Of a stretch of DNA of 64,000 bases, positions 1 to 15,516 are shown one piece after another. The notes beneath the pieces are model-generated. The model ran no database searches, was not told the origin of the DNA, and saw nothing but the letters and a program-made list of their open reading frames with translations. The translations under genes and the position numbers were made by a program. Numbering within the stretch: position 1 is the stretch's first letter; every line of letters starts with the position of its first letter. Source of the stretch: Selaginella moellendorffii. Taxonomy: Eukaryota > Plantae > Lycopodiophyta. The DNA is taken from the NCBI RefSeq assembly GCF_000143415.4, contig NW_003314324.1:62001-126000 (forward strand), read 5' to 3'.

Positions 1-2519
1 CGAGTTTCTGACAAGTGGAAACTATTGCTTCCTCGGGCTCCTCTGGTTTCAATAGACCAATCAATCGGGTAACTTCCACAGCCTGCCGAAGTGTGAGACG
101 TAAGGACATTGCAACGTAATGAGAATGCTACCTGTTTGCCATAGTAGTCTCTTCCTTCCACATTGCCATCGAAACCCTGAATGCAACTGTATAAGCATCA
201 AAATCTACTTTATCACAGTCAGGAAATACCTGAGACTCACCAAACCAGTGCTGTCGAAGTCTTCGTCTTCAACCGCATCCACAATAGCTATAAAGTTCGT
301 TTCTCCGTTCTTATTTTCGGCTCGTTTTCGAGCCATTTTATCGTTCAGCTTCTTTACTAGAGCTGACGAGTCTCTCCCACTGTTCGGAATTGCCAGAGGA
401 GCAGGTGACTTATCTTCCTTCCGTTCAACTTTGGCAGGAAAATCTTCGAACAGATCATCGAGAATTCCATCAGCTGGAGTGTCGCTGAACTTACTCAGCT
501 CTCGAATAGTTGAAGTTACACCCTTCACAGACTAAAGCACAAATGTTAGACGAGCAAATTCAAACAGAATGAATATATAATAAAAAAACAAACCTGCGAT
601 GGCTCTGTGGGTAGATCTTTGCTGTTCATTTTCGGATGCTGCAACATTTCATCCACTTCTTGAGGGGGTGACATCAGTCTCTCGGGAGTTAAAGATCTTT
701 CAACAGCTTCAGGTCTTCCCATTGTTTCCTCTGTTCCAGGAAAGACCACAGGACGGGGAGCTTTTAGGCTCCCCTCCGGCTCGTCTTGATCCCCGGTTTG
801 TGACGACTCGTCAATAACCAGCAAGTCATTGTTCCTTTTCGTTCCATTTGCCTCACTTGTGACCGATACGCTCGCCAATTCTTGAGAACGAGATTTTGCA
901 TCATCATCCTAAACCAGCAAGACGTGTCATCAACAGAAGCGACAGAAACTCAGTACTACCAAGACAAACTCCAAGGATGTCGCTGGTTCAGGTGATGAAG
1001 ACTTCCTGTCTTCCTTTTTGCTATCTTCAATGCTTCTTTCCAAAACCGTAGAAACATCTTGCGGGATATTGCTACACAAAAAAAAAAAGCTTAAGTACAT
1101 CTCAAACTCATAAAGGTATTTACCTCAAACGAAGAGAGTTTTGCAAAGCTCGCCGTGAATTACGAATCCAGGAATGCTTCAGCAATGTCTTGGCATCTGG
1201 ACGGAGCTTCGCATCCTGAAATCAGATTTCAGTATTGCCACTATAAGACAATCGGGAGCGAACTTTTTGAAAGCATTGGTGCAGAAAATCTGTCAATCCA
1301 GGTGAGAGATGCTCAGGAATAGGAGGTCGTTCGTCCTGTAAACATGTGATTATTTTATATTTTCGCACAAGCAGAAAACAAAAAATACAGATACCTGGAC
1401 AATGCGAAAAAGTGCAGGCATTGGCTGGAGATCATAGTAAGGAGGCACACATGTCAACAGTTCTATAACAGTACACCCAACGCTCCAGATATCCGACGAA
1501 GCACTGACTCCTGACATTTCGACTACCTAACAGAAGCATCGTTCAAGATTAAACAAGGTCGCGCACAGTGAAACGCACCTCTGGTGCCATCCAATACGGA
1601 GTCCCAACAACGGAGTGAGTGTTCACGTCAGCTTCAGTTAATTTGGTGGCAACTCCAAAATCCGCAAGTTTTACGAATCCCTGAAAGCTCTACATGTTAG
1701 CAAGCAAGCCACTGGCTCAAGTAGTAAACACCTCTTTCGTCGTGAGGATGTTAGCCCCCTTAATGTCTCTATGAATAACACCTTGTTCATGAAGATATGC
1801 CAGTCCTTCCAAGACCTGTGAATATCGAGTTAGCACTCCACTTTGTAATTTATACATGCCTGAGCAATGTATACAGCAACAAGTGACTCTGGAAATGCGC
1901 CAAATTTGTTCGGCTTAACAATGCTAGCCAGAGAACCATTCTCGACATACCTGCAGAGAAAACCACACTAATCAAGGCCAACATTGACGGTTAGCTTACT
2001 CAAGAATGATATACAGATGTGTCTTGGTCTTGATAGATCCCCTGTACTTGACAATGTTTTTATGGTTTAGATTCTGAAAAGCTTGAACATTATTAGATGC
2101 GATCTTTACCAAAACAATAAACTGCATACCTTCAACAAATCGATCTCTTGCTACAAAACATACATTGACAAAGCATGAGTTCGTAATGAAAGATAGTAAC
2201 TTCCATCTTACCATGATGCTTGCGAGGTCCTCTGGCGGGATGTTCTCCAGAGAAACCTGCTTAATTGCCACAAAGTCCCCATTTTCCAGGTCCAAGCCTT
2301 TGTAAACTCTGCCATATGCACCTTTCCCGATTTCATCTCCTATTATCTGTTTGATTACACGATACAAAAGAAGAAGGAAAAACTGATCAGCACGATACAA
2401 AAGATAATGAAAATGATCACGATCTCCCTAAACCAAAAAAAGGAGAATGAAAAACTCACATATTTATCATTGAGCGTCTTTGACTTGTGGAAATGAGAAG
2501 CCGACGAATGCCGCGACAT
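1..2519 (-). CDS. MAP3KE: MAP3K epsilon (Cdc15-like) Ser/Thr kinase, multi-exon, 3' part outside window
   Basis: ATG at 2519 ([20 protein letters not shown]). Kinase exons include [29 protein letters not shown] and GTPYWMAPE. The N-terminus matches plant MAP3K-epsilon. Confidence 0.9.
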
Positions 2520-3103
2520 TTTACCCAAAAACTCTGCTGGGGCCACGGTGCGCTTGCCTTCATCGTTCACTTCATCAGCACGGAATTCCAGCTACAAAAC
2601 CTCCTTCGAACCGATCCAGCCCCTGACATCCCTCCCTGTGATCCCCGATCATCGTTTCTCGCCAATGCGAGCATTCCCGCGCTAAAACCACGCCTAAAAC
2701 CCGCGCCTCCCTCCCACATTGGCGCGCGGCTACGCCAAATCAAGCCGAATCGACCGGCACGAAGCCCCGCAGCAGCTCAAATCCGTGCTCTCGATCGATC
2801 CTGAAATCCCAGCGTACCTACGAGAGCGATGGCGATGGCGCACGACCTAGCGCCCCGGCTCACACAAACCCTAGAACGCGGCTTACGCAGCAAGGGGCTA
2901 ATCGCTAGTTTAATTTGCCTCACAGCTGTCAGCCGGTAGCTACCAAGCTAGCGCAAAAAACCAGGCTGGCCTGCGAGAATCACAGCCTGTCCGAGGTTCG
3001 ATACCAACAGTACAAAGATATTCGTCCAGGTCCGCGGCTCGAATCCCTGGACAATTATACTAATTCTTCTTTGGTTTTGTTCTTCGCGTCACTCTAGTTC
3101 TCT

Positions 3104-4122
3104 TTACTCGTTTAGACGAACTTCTTGCAAACTTAGCTGATCGAACTCCATCAATCCTCTCAAGCAGCGAATCTCGATCGCAAAGTTCTCGTTCTCCTTT
3201 GCCAGTCTCGACTTTTCCTGGTGGAGTTTCTCCATTTGCGATCTCACCTAGGGAAGAACGAAAGGAAGAAACGATGTTCTTCGTGAGCGAAAGAGAGGAA
3301 AACTCGAGAACTTGCCATCAATCACTTCTCACCAGATCGTCCTCCTCTGCCATCATCGCTATCTCGGCCTGTTGCTTGAGCTTCTCGATCAGCTTCGCGT
3401 TCTCTTGCTCGAGCTTCTCGTTGTCTTGCTCGAGCTTCTCGTTGTTCGCTTCCAGCTTCTCGATGCGTCTCAACGCGAACTCGAGCTCCTCTCGAAGAGC
3501 TTTCATCTCCTGCTGCTCCACCACCACCTGAGAAGAGAAGATCGATTAGTTCTCTTGTTCCCATGTTTCATTCCAAATTCACCTTACTTCTCGAGAATGC
3601 TGGATGTCCAGAGTCTCAAATTCTCCATCGCGACTTGGATCCAGTGGCAACACGGCGGCCTCTTTGCGCGGCTTCTGCGACGGGCTTCTCATAGACATGA
3701 GATTCGAAGCTTTCGTTTCTACTCTAGTAAAACCATCCTGCCATTAAACACGAGAGAAACTTAGCTTTGTCCAAGAATCTGCCAAATACCTCGATCGCCT
3801 TGCCGATTGAGCCGCCGAATTGCGACAGGCTCGATGCAAACGCTTCCAGCTTCTTCTGGAGCGGCGGCGCAGAGCTCTCAAATCCTGCTCTCGCCGGAAA
3901 TTCCTGCGGTATTTCACCAATCTCCACTCGATCATCACTTGCATGGGCTACCTCGCAGAGATTTTGCTCCCGCGTCTCAAGATCCCGACCGCGGTTGTGA
4001 AACCAGCTGCCGACGCGCCCGCGGCTCCGATCATCTGCAAATGCCGCCTTGGCCTTCCTCGACACCTTGCTCCAAATCTCCCTGCTCCCGATGCCGACAC
4101 CGCTGCGCTCTTCCACCGCCAT
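3104..4122 (-). CDS. Plant coiled-coil protein (At1g30050/At2g30530/At5g01970-like family), 4 exons
   Basis: Spliced translation: LEAFASSLSQFGGSIGKAIE ... LEQENAKL ... EDDLVRSQMEKLHQEKSRLAKENENFAIEIRCLRGLMEFDQL. This resembles the family motif [24 protein letters not shown]. GT-AG introns; stop at 3104-3106. Confidence 0.7.
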
Positions 4123-4478
4123 CGCTGCGCACTGAGAGAAGCACGACCTAGAAAAGCGTTCGAAATAATTCTGTGATAATCCAGGCCGCCCGTTCACGAG
4201 ACCCGTTACTTTCCACTTTGGAATGGCAACGAGATTGTCGCCATCCAACGGCTACTTGTCAATGGAATAAATCTTTCCTGTGTGTATTAAATCTGTTGTC
4301 GATGATGTTAGCTATATAACTTACACAAGCTTCACATCGTCGTCGCGCCTCCTACAAACAACAAACCTTCCTTTTTTTTCCCGTCGCAAATCTCTCGCTC
4401 TCTCTCCTCCTAGTCCGCACAAACCTTACAAACTCTCGCTCGATCGATCGAATTCTCCGCTGGTATCGCATAAGTAGC

Positions 4479-4498
4479 GTGTGTGTGTGTGTGTGTGT
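4479..4498. repeat. (GT)n microsatellite
   Basis: Direct reading of gtgtgtgtgtgtgtgtgtgt. Confidence 0.9.
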
Positions 4499-4531
4499 TG
4501 TTTCTCCTATAGAAGAGTGAACAGCGTTGTT

Positions 4532-8234
<3,703 letters not shown>

Positions 8235-8990
8235 CGCGCGCGCGCCTCCTCCGCCCCGCCCGGCGCTGTCTCGCGGATTGGAATCGCTTAGAGAATTGGA
8301 GAGGCCTTAGGGTTGGGACGAAGCGGGCGAGACCTAGGATAAAAGATCAAAGTTTCTTATTCGCTTTGCTACAAACTGGGCAGTGTGAAAACGAGGGAGA
8401 GAAGAAGCAAAGGAGACTGAGAGGGACGCCCTCGCTGCCCTCGCGAGGAGTGAGGTGGCGTCCACGTGGCGCTCATCCAGGGGCTGTTGAACACGTGGCC
8501 AATCTGAGAAAAATAATGTCAGAAATTCCTTTTTTTCCAAACGTGCTCACGAAGTTGCGTGCTCGAAACCTTTAACGTGCTAAAGGCATATGCCAGGGAT
8601 ATGCTCGGCCATGGAATCTTTAGCCCCTTTGGCAGGATATGCCTTGGCACTAGTGATCCAGCGCTTTTGCAGCTCGCGCAGCTCGAGCCAAGGCGCGGTG
8701 GAGTGGATCTTGGCGCGCACTCCACGCTTCTCTTTTCTCTGGATCAATCGATCACCGCAATCTCGCTAGTGTTCTCTGTCGTCGCGGGATGATTCCAGGC
8801 AAAATCGATAGGTCTCTTCGAGAATCCGTCACTTCCACGGCCAATCGCCAGCATTCTAGCCCTCGCTAAGCGCACAGGGTAAGGGATTTCATCGAGATAT
8901 CGGGATCTGGCGCGATCGCTCGCCAGGATGCTGGATCAGGTACTTTATTAGGTAGGGAGAATCCTCGAAATATTTTTCCAGAGCGAGAAT

Positions 8991-9998
8991 ATGAGCGTGA
9001 GCGAGGAATCTCTCAAGCGCTACGTGGAGCACGCGAGCTACAGATGCTACCAGGATTTGCTCGTGGATTCCCGGGCCGACGAGACGGAAGGGTGGAAGCC
9101 GATCAAGAGCAAGCGCGGCATTGCGATATCTTGCCGGAGAGATGGCAACAAGACGATCGTGATGCGAGGCCAGAGCGTGCTCAACATCTCCCCTTCCAAA
9201 TTCCAAGCGGTCACCAACGCGATCGACACTGCCAAGGTACTTCTTCTATTCTTTCGAGAGCACGGAAGGATCTTCTTCGAGAGGAAAAAAAAAAGCCAAA
9301 ACGAGGGAACAAACTTCCCAACTATCTGGTGTGTTTGTTTTCGCTGATGGTTTTCTTTTCCTTTACCAGCAATGGGACAAGAGCTTCATTGAAGGCCAGT
9401 GCTTGCATCGCCTGGAAGACAATCTAAACATCTTCCGGCTCGTCTTTGGGCGCAATTCCAGATCACCGCTCTTTAGAAACCGGGAGTTCATCGTTCACGA
9501 GAGGCGCGAGATCATGGACGACGGTACGGTGGTAAGCTTTCACTCCAAAACCTTTTTAACTTTTTCCCGATTGATGATCAAGTTGAGAACATGATCATGT
9601 ACGGCCGCCGTGAAGCTCACGAACTTGTGTGTTCTTGGTGGATTCAACTCCCAGGTGGTTGCCGTGACGTCTCTTCCACAGGAAATGGCTGCTGGAATCT
9701 TGCCACCCCGTGGCCAACTCGTGCGTGGCTTGCTTCTCTACTCCGGCTGGGTGGTGGAGCGGATCCAACAGAGCAATGCTTGCATGGTGACTTACATCGT
9801 CCAGGTATGTCTAAATCTCGCTGTTTCAGTGCAAGTGTTAGTGATTTTGTATGGTTTCTGCAGGTTGATCCTGCTGGCTGGCTTCCCAAGTGCATAGCAA
9901 ACATGCTTGTTGTGAAGCTGGTGTTTGTCATATACCACTTATGCAGGCTTGCGGCAGTCACGTTGTCAACTCATTCTGAGGAAATCACTATGAAATAA
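8991..9998 (+). CDS. START/StAR-related lipid-transfer domain protein, 4 exons
   Basis: Spliced translation: GWKPIKSKRGIAIS, QWDKSFIEG, PLFRNREFIVHERR, VRGLLLYSGWVVE, VTYIVQVDPAGWLPK (START signature). Confidence 0.8.
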
Positions 9999-10425
9999 CA
10001 TGCGAATGTATGTATGTGCTGTTTCAGATCTTAAATTATTCTTGATTTGCGAGCGGGTCATACAAAACTGCCTAAATCACTGAGAAGTACCGTGTGGATA
10101 TCTTGTAGCTATGTAAATTATTCTTGATTTGCCAGAGGCCATATAAAATCACTATAAGATAGATGTGTGAGGTACAGTCATGTAGTGATTTTTTATAACC
10201 TCTTTGCGAATCATGAATAATTTACATGGGTACGGAATCATTACAAGATTTGCAGCAATATAATTCTTCTTGATCTTTCTAAAGTTGATCCTCTAGGCTA
10301 GAGTTGATATAAACTGATTGATAGAGACTTCAGTGCTAGTGACTACGAATCATTGTTTAACATGTGAAAGGAACAGGAGATAAAAAGTCAACAGGAAAAA
10401 GTCAAACCACCTAGAGTCAACGCAC

Positions 10426-12465
10426 CTAGTCAACGATCACCATGTCCTCGAACATCGGGCCCGAGATGGCGTTGTGCAGCATTATCATGGGATTCACCCG
10501 GCCGTCGTAGTTGAGGAACATCTTGAGTATGTTCTTGGAGAAGCCCGAGACGAGCGCCACGCCGGGCTCGTCCTTGGTCACCGGGATGCTGTCCGAGTCC
10601 CTCAGGTTCCAGAACACGATCTGCGGCGGCTCATCGTATCCGGCAGCCTTGAACTTCTGCTTGATCAATTCATAATCCGTGAGCCATCCCTCCGAAGCGG
10701 CTGGCGGCGATGGCGAGCTTCCACCCCACCAATTCGGACTAGGATTGTATGCCGGTCCGCCCCTGGCCTCGTCGAACTCCATGTCGCTGTAGACGAAGAG
10801 CCTCTTGACCATCTTCTCGGGCGGGACGTTAAACTCGCGTGCTCGCTCCAGGATGCGATCAAACACCTTCTGGAAGTCGGTGTTCATGTTCCACGGCATC
10901 CTCGTCGTGAACTGGTACTTCTCCGCCAGCGTCTTGCCGGTGATCTCGTGGAATGCCGGCTCATTGCTGAAAGTTATCAGCCGCCCCTTCCACGGCTCAT
11001 CGCTCAGCTCCGCCGTGAGGAGTCCCAGCGCGATCGCCACCTCCAGCGGCGTCCCATTCATACTCCCGGACACGTCGCAGATCGAGACCGCGTTTTGCAA
11101 GCTCCCCTTTTGCCGCAGCTCGTCCACCATCGCCCTCCACTGCAGCTCCGCCGTCTCGCGGTGCTCCTCCACCGCGTCCCTGAGTATGTCATGCGGGAGT
11201 AAAGCCCCCGCCGCGATCTTCTTCTTCCCGGCCTCGACGTCGCTCAGGAACTGCTTGAAGCGCGCCTCGTCGTGCTTCATGAAGATCTCGGTGTAGTTCT
11301 TCATCGCCACCGATGCCACCCGGTTGTATGGCAGCTCATCCCACCTCTGCGCGCTCATGAACACCTCCGGTAGCTCCAGCGCCGTGCGCAGTGGNNNNNN
11401 NNNNNNNNNNNNNNNNNNNNNNNNNNNNNNNNNNNNNNNNNNNNNNNNNNNNNNNNNNNNNNNNNNNNNNNNNNNNNNNNNNNNNNNNNNNNNNNNNNNN
11501 NNNNNNNNNNNNNNNNNNNNNNNNNNNNNNNNNNNNNNNNNNNNNNNNNNACACCACTTCGCGGCGAGGCTGAGCCTCGCTTTCTCCTTGTCGCTGCGAA
11601 GCGCTTCCATGTCCTTGTCCAGAGCCTCGGCGAAAACACGCGCAACACCCGAGTAGATCGCCGCGAACTCGTCATCTTTCTCGTGCCGCTCGATCACGCG
11701 CTTGGCCAGCTCCAGCGCTTTCCTCCTGCGAAGCTCCGACGCCTGCTGCTTCAACAGCTTGTCCCTCTTGAGGCTGGCCGCGATCCTGTCCTCCTTGGTG
11801 CCGATCTTGAGCTTGGACGATGCTCTCGCCCACTTGTTCTTCCCCGATGGCTTCGTCCAGGAGAACAAGCTCCTCCTATAGCCCCTCGTCGAGCTCATCA
11901 GCGATTCTTTCGGTGGCTTCCTCCGCTTGTGCTGCCTTTTCTCCTCGATCCTCTGCTCGGTCACCTCCTCGCCTTCTAATATCCTCTGGACGAGCTCCAA
12001 GAGATCCTTGAAGTAGCCAACCGGGGCAACCTTGGCGATGTTTGCTGCGAGTGTGCGAGGGTGGTGCTCGTAGAGCCAGCACGCGGCGTCATAGAAGTGG
12101 AGCTTGTCCGATTTGCCCGTGCCGCGGACGCCCCGGAGCTGGAAGATGAGCTTGAGCGTGGTGAGAGGATCCTCCGCCCACGCCGCCGCGGCCAGCTCCT
12201 GGACGCGCGACTTATCGGTGGTCACCGGGACGATGTGGAAGAAGAAATCCAGGCATGCGGAGCCCGACTCGTAGAAGGTGAGGCCCAGGTTCTCGGTGGT
12301 TCCCATGAGTGGACTTTTGGGGGCCGCGGGTGGGCCGCAGAGCGAGAATTTGTGGCGATCATCGCCACCGCCGCCGCCGCTGGTGGTGGCGGTCCTGGCG
12401 GCGGTGGAGAGGAAGCGCGATCGGGGTGGAGTGACAAACCTGGCGGCAGCGATGATCCTCGACAT
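10426..12465 (-). CDS. DUF2828 family protein with C-terminal vWA domain (copy 1; N gap at 11395-11550)
   Basis: Intronless GC-rich ORF: TENLGLTFYESGSACLDFFF, QLRGVRGTGKSDK, LAAKWC, MIDAS-like DVSGSM, SDMEFD, IVFWNLR. Confidence 0.88.
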   Translation of the reverse strand: MSRIIAAARFVTPPRSRFLSTAARTATTSGGGGGDDRHKFSLCGPPAAPKSPLMGTTENLGLTFYESGSACLDFFFHIVPVTTDKSRVQELAAAAWAEDPLTTLKLIFQLRGVRGTGKSDKLHFYDAACWLYEHHPRTLAANIAKVAPVGYFKDLLELVQRILEGEEVTEQRIEEKRQHKRRKPPKESLMSSTRGYRRSLFSWTKPSGKNKWARASSKLKIGTKEDRIAASLKRDKLLKQQASELRRRKALELAKRVIERHEKDDEFAAIYSGVARVFAEALDKDMEALRSDKEKARLSLAAKWCXXXXXXXXXXXXXXXXXXXXXXXXXXXXXXXXXXXXXXXXXXXXXXXXXXXXPLRTALELPEVFMSAQRWDELPYNRVASVAMKNYTEIFMKHDEARFKQFLSDVEAGKKKIAAGALLPHDILRDAVEEHRETAELQWRAMVDELRQKGSLQNAVSICDVSGSMNGTPLEVAIALGLLTAELSDEPWKGRLITFSNEPAFHEITGKTLAEKYQFTTRMPWNMNTDFQKVFDRILERAREFNVPPEKMVKRLFVYSDMEFDEARGGPAYNPSPNWWGGSSPSPPAASEGWLTDYELIKQKFKAAGYDEPPQIVFWNLRDSDSIPVTKDEPGVALVSGFSKNILKMFLNYDGRVNPMIMLHNAISGPMFEDMVIVD

Positions 12466-14009
12466 TGGTGGAAATGTAGGGTTCTAGGGTATATTCGGTT
12501 TAATGTTGGAGATTTTTGGTTAGGCTTAGAGAATATACTCGGTATCATATGATTCCTGAGCACGCCCATTTTTTCAATAATTTAAGATTATGCATTTTTT
12601 CTAAGACTAAATAGGGTAAATGTTAATGTTTGGTGGGATGTTTATAATAATTTGATGCATGGATTAATAATATTATTAAACAAGGATAACACTACTAAAC
12701 TATATTTTTCTTTTGCCATAATGAAATTTGATAAGAGCTCCAAACTTATTGATATTATTTTATATTCCATAATTAAATCTTTGAGTAATCATACATCTAC
12801 ATCTCTTAACAAACTTATATCATATTATATAAGTGATTATAGTCCAATGCTACTGTTTAATATTTTAGAATGTTGAAGCATAAACCCATATTTAAAAATG
12901 TGTTTATGTCAATAGTTTATAATTAGTAGTTTATAAATACATGATTAATCTGATTGAAATTACTAGGAACTGTTTAGGAAAGTTATTCAAGCATATTCTA
13001 AGTATCACAAGAAATGCATAGGAGCATTATATATTTACATATGTGTGAATTTTATTTTATTTTTTAATTGCATGCAAAAATATTATGCACACAATCACTT
13101 TTCAATTGCTAAATAAAATATAATTGTGTGTATAATATTGTTGTCATGGGATATACCATATATGTATGGGGTATGAAATTTAAAAGAAACTAATGTCACA
13201 TAATCTAAAACAACATGATAGCATTGCAAATTTAATGAGGGTTTTTTTGTTTTATTCTTGTCTCATTAAGTGTAGATTTATCTCCTTTGCATATGTTCTA
13301 TTTGCCCCTCATTTTGTATGGCTATGCCTTGTTTGACGTGGCTTGAGGGCATATTTCAATTGTAGCACATACTACTATAAACATAGTACTTTGATTGCTC
13401 TTGGAAGTGCTTTTCATTTTTCACAATTTATTTGTTGTGCAACACCTTGATTTATATAGCAATTGATTGGCATAGTGGCAATTGAGGTAGAGGCATAGAG
13501 GTGAGTGTAAAGCTTTTTTTTGGATGCTTAAAATGTTGAGTGCAATAGATTTTCTGTGAACAAGTGGATTTTATTGTTGATGTAGTAAAGCTTTTAGACA
13601 TGTGTTCTAAAGGCAATGAAGTAGAACTTTGCATTCCTAATCGAATATACATATTTTTAGCATTATAGTGAATTTATTATGTTTAGGCATGTTAGTTTAT
13701 TGTGTAAAGGGCTTTTCATTACCCTCATAAAAAAAATGGCTTAAGTACACAATGGTGGCAAGTTCAACCTATAGCATCCAAAAGATATTCAAAAATTAAT
13801 ACGTGTGATGAAAAAAACCATACTCACAAACTCTAATTCAAAGTTTAAATCTTAATGATTGTGTTAAAAAATCTAACATGGAGTCAAAACTTATACAATA
13901 CAAAAACTCACACACATAATGTTAACTTGGACATTGCTATGTGGTGGGCACCAATGCATGCCCATGCATAAAAAAGAAGTTGTGTTTAAGATATTATTTT
14001 TTGAATCAC

Positions 14010-14720
14010 ATATATGTGTTATAATAATTTAAATACATGTGTTTCTTTTTAAGGTGAGAGAGCGTCAACAAATGTAATGCACATGAATTTGGAACTGAAC
14101 TCCAAGCCTATTGCATTACAAAAAGAGGGTTTGATACACATTTAACATCCTTTATGAACACTAATTCCCTAAATCCAACTCTTGCATTCAAAATCGTGTC
14201 GAAAGGTGTTTAGCACAATTTTAGCTTACTAGTGGCCTAACACAAAAAACTAGGTACTCAAACCAACTAGAGCATAAAATTTATATGATTCATATTCTAA
14301 ACACAACTTCTTTTTTATGCAACTAACCAAAGTTGTATAAAACTTGGGCTTAGGCCAAAATTAGATGCAAAACAAGGGGCAACATAGCTTAACAAATGTT
14401 ACATTAGTGTTTTAGGTGGTTGGCCATACTTTTAACTACTATCTCTATTATACATTTGGTTTTGTGTTCAACTTGGGGCTAAATCTATATGTATTATAAC
14501 AATTTAAGTACATATATTTTTTTTTTAAGGTGAGAGAGCACTAACAAATGTACTGGACCTAAATTTTGGAGTTGAACTTCAAGTTTGTTGTGTTATAAAA
14601 TGAGGGTCCAATATACACTTAATATCCCTTATGAGCATCAACTCCCTATATCTAACTTTTATATGCAAAATAGTGTCAAATAGTGTTTAGCAATATTTAA
14701 GCATACTAGTAGCTTAATAT
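14010..14720 (+). repeat. Degenerate direct repeat of ~230 bp (about 14010-14240 and 14487-14720)
   Basis: Both copies read atatgt.ttataa.aatttaa...ttttaaggtgagagagc..caacaaatg...tactagt. Confidence 0.65.
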
Positions 14721-14749
14721 GAGGAACACGTGCTTTAAGCTTTCACCAT

Positions 14750-15311
14750 AGTCCCAAGAGTGAGTATCTAAGATAAGCTTAAAAATTTATTAAATACGGA
14801 ATGGCACTAGATCAGGAATTGAGAGTTCAAGACACTTTCTACATTCCATAAATATACACTATTAATAGATCTAGATATTTATCATAATTAGCATATGGGA
14901 CTGAAATGAGACTAAGATATGGGGCATGATAATAAGGGTGTCTAATGGACATAATAAGAAGCTAGACTCAATATGTGAGGTTTTTGTCATTAACCATGAG
15001 AACTCTTTACCAAGCTAAGTATCAGAGAGACATCACTTCAGATAGTAGAAACTTCTTGACTTACAATAATGCCTTTACAATTCTTAGTGCCAAATACTAT
15101 ATTTGATTTAGTTAATAGTACGTAAGAATTTCGTATTTATGCTTATTTGGTCTAAGTACACTTGAGATGTCTAATTAACTCCAGTAGCACAAGAGGAGCT
15201 AATAAAGGAATCCAATTATAACAACTTCTTTGTGTTATAATAATAATAAAAGAGTGTCCAAAAGGATTGGTTAACAAGTACTTTTCAAAACTCAAAGTCA
15301 TATTTGAGACA
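14750..15311 (-). mobile_element. Degenerate partial LTR, same family as 15517 and 22571
   Basis: Reverse complement begins tgtctcaaatatgacttt and continues similar to the 15517 LTR, including gccattccgtatttaataa. Confidence 0.65.
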
Positions 15312-15516
15312 ATAAAAAAGCATAACTATTGATTCTCATCATCTCTCCTTCATGCCTACTTTTATATGCATCACTTATGGTGGGATTTGCATCACATCTC
15401 CTTACTTAGAGGTTATAGTAGATGTATCAACTTGAGGGTCTTGCACATAAACATATAAACAAAGAAAGAGAGGTAAAAAACCCTTTAAAACACTAGGCTT
15501 TTTTCATACCATCTTT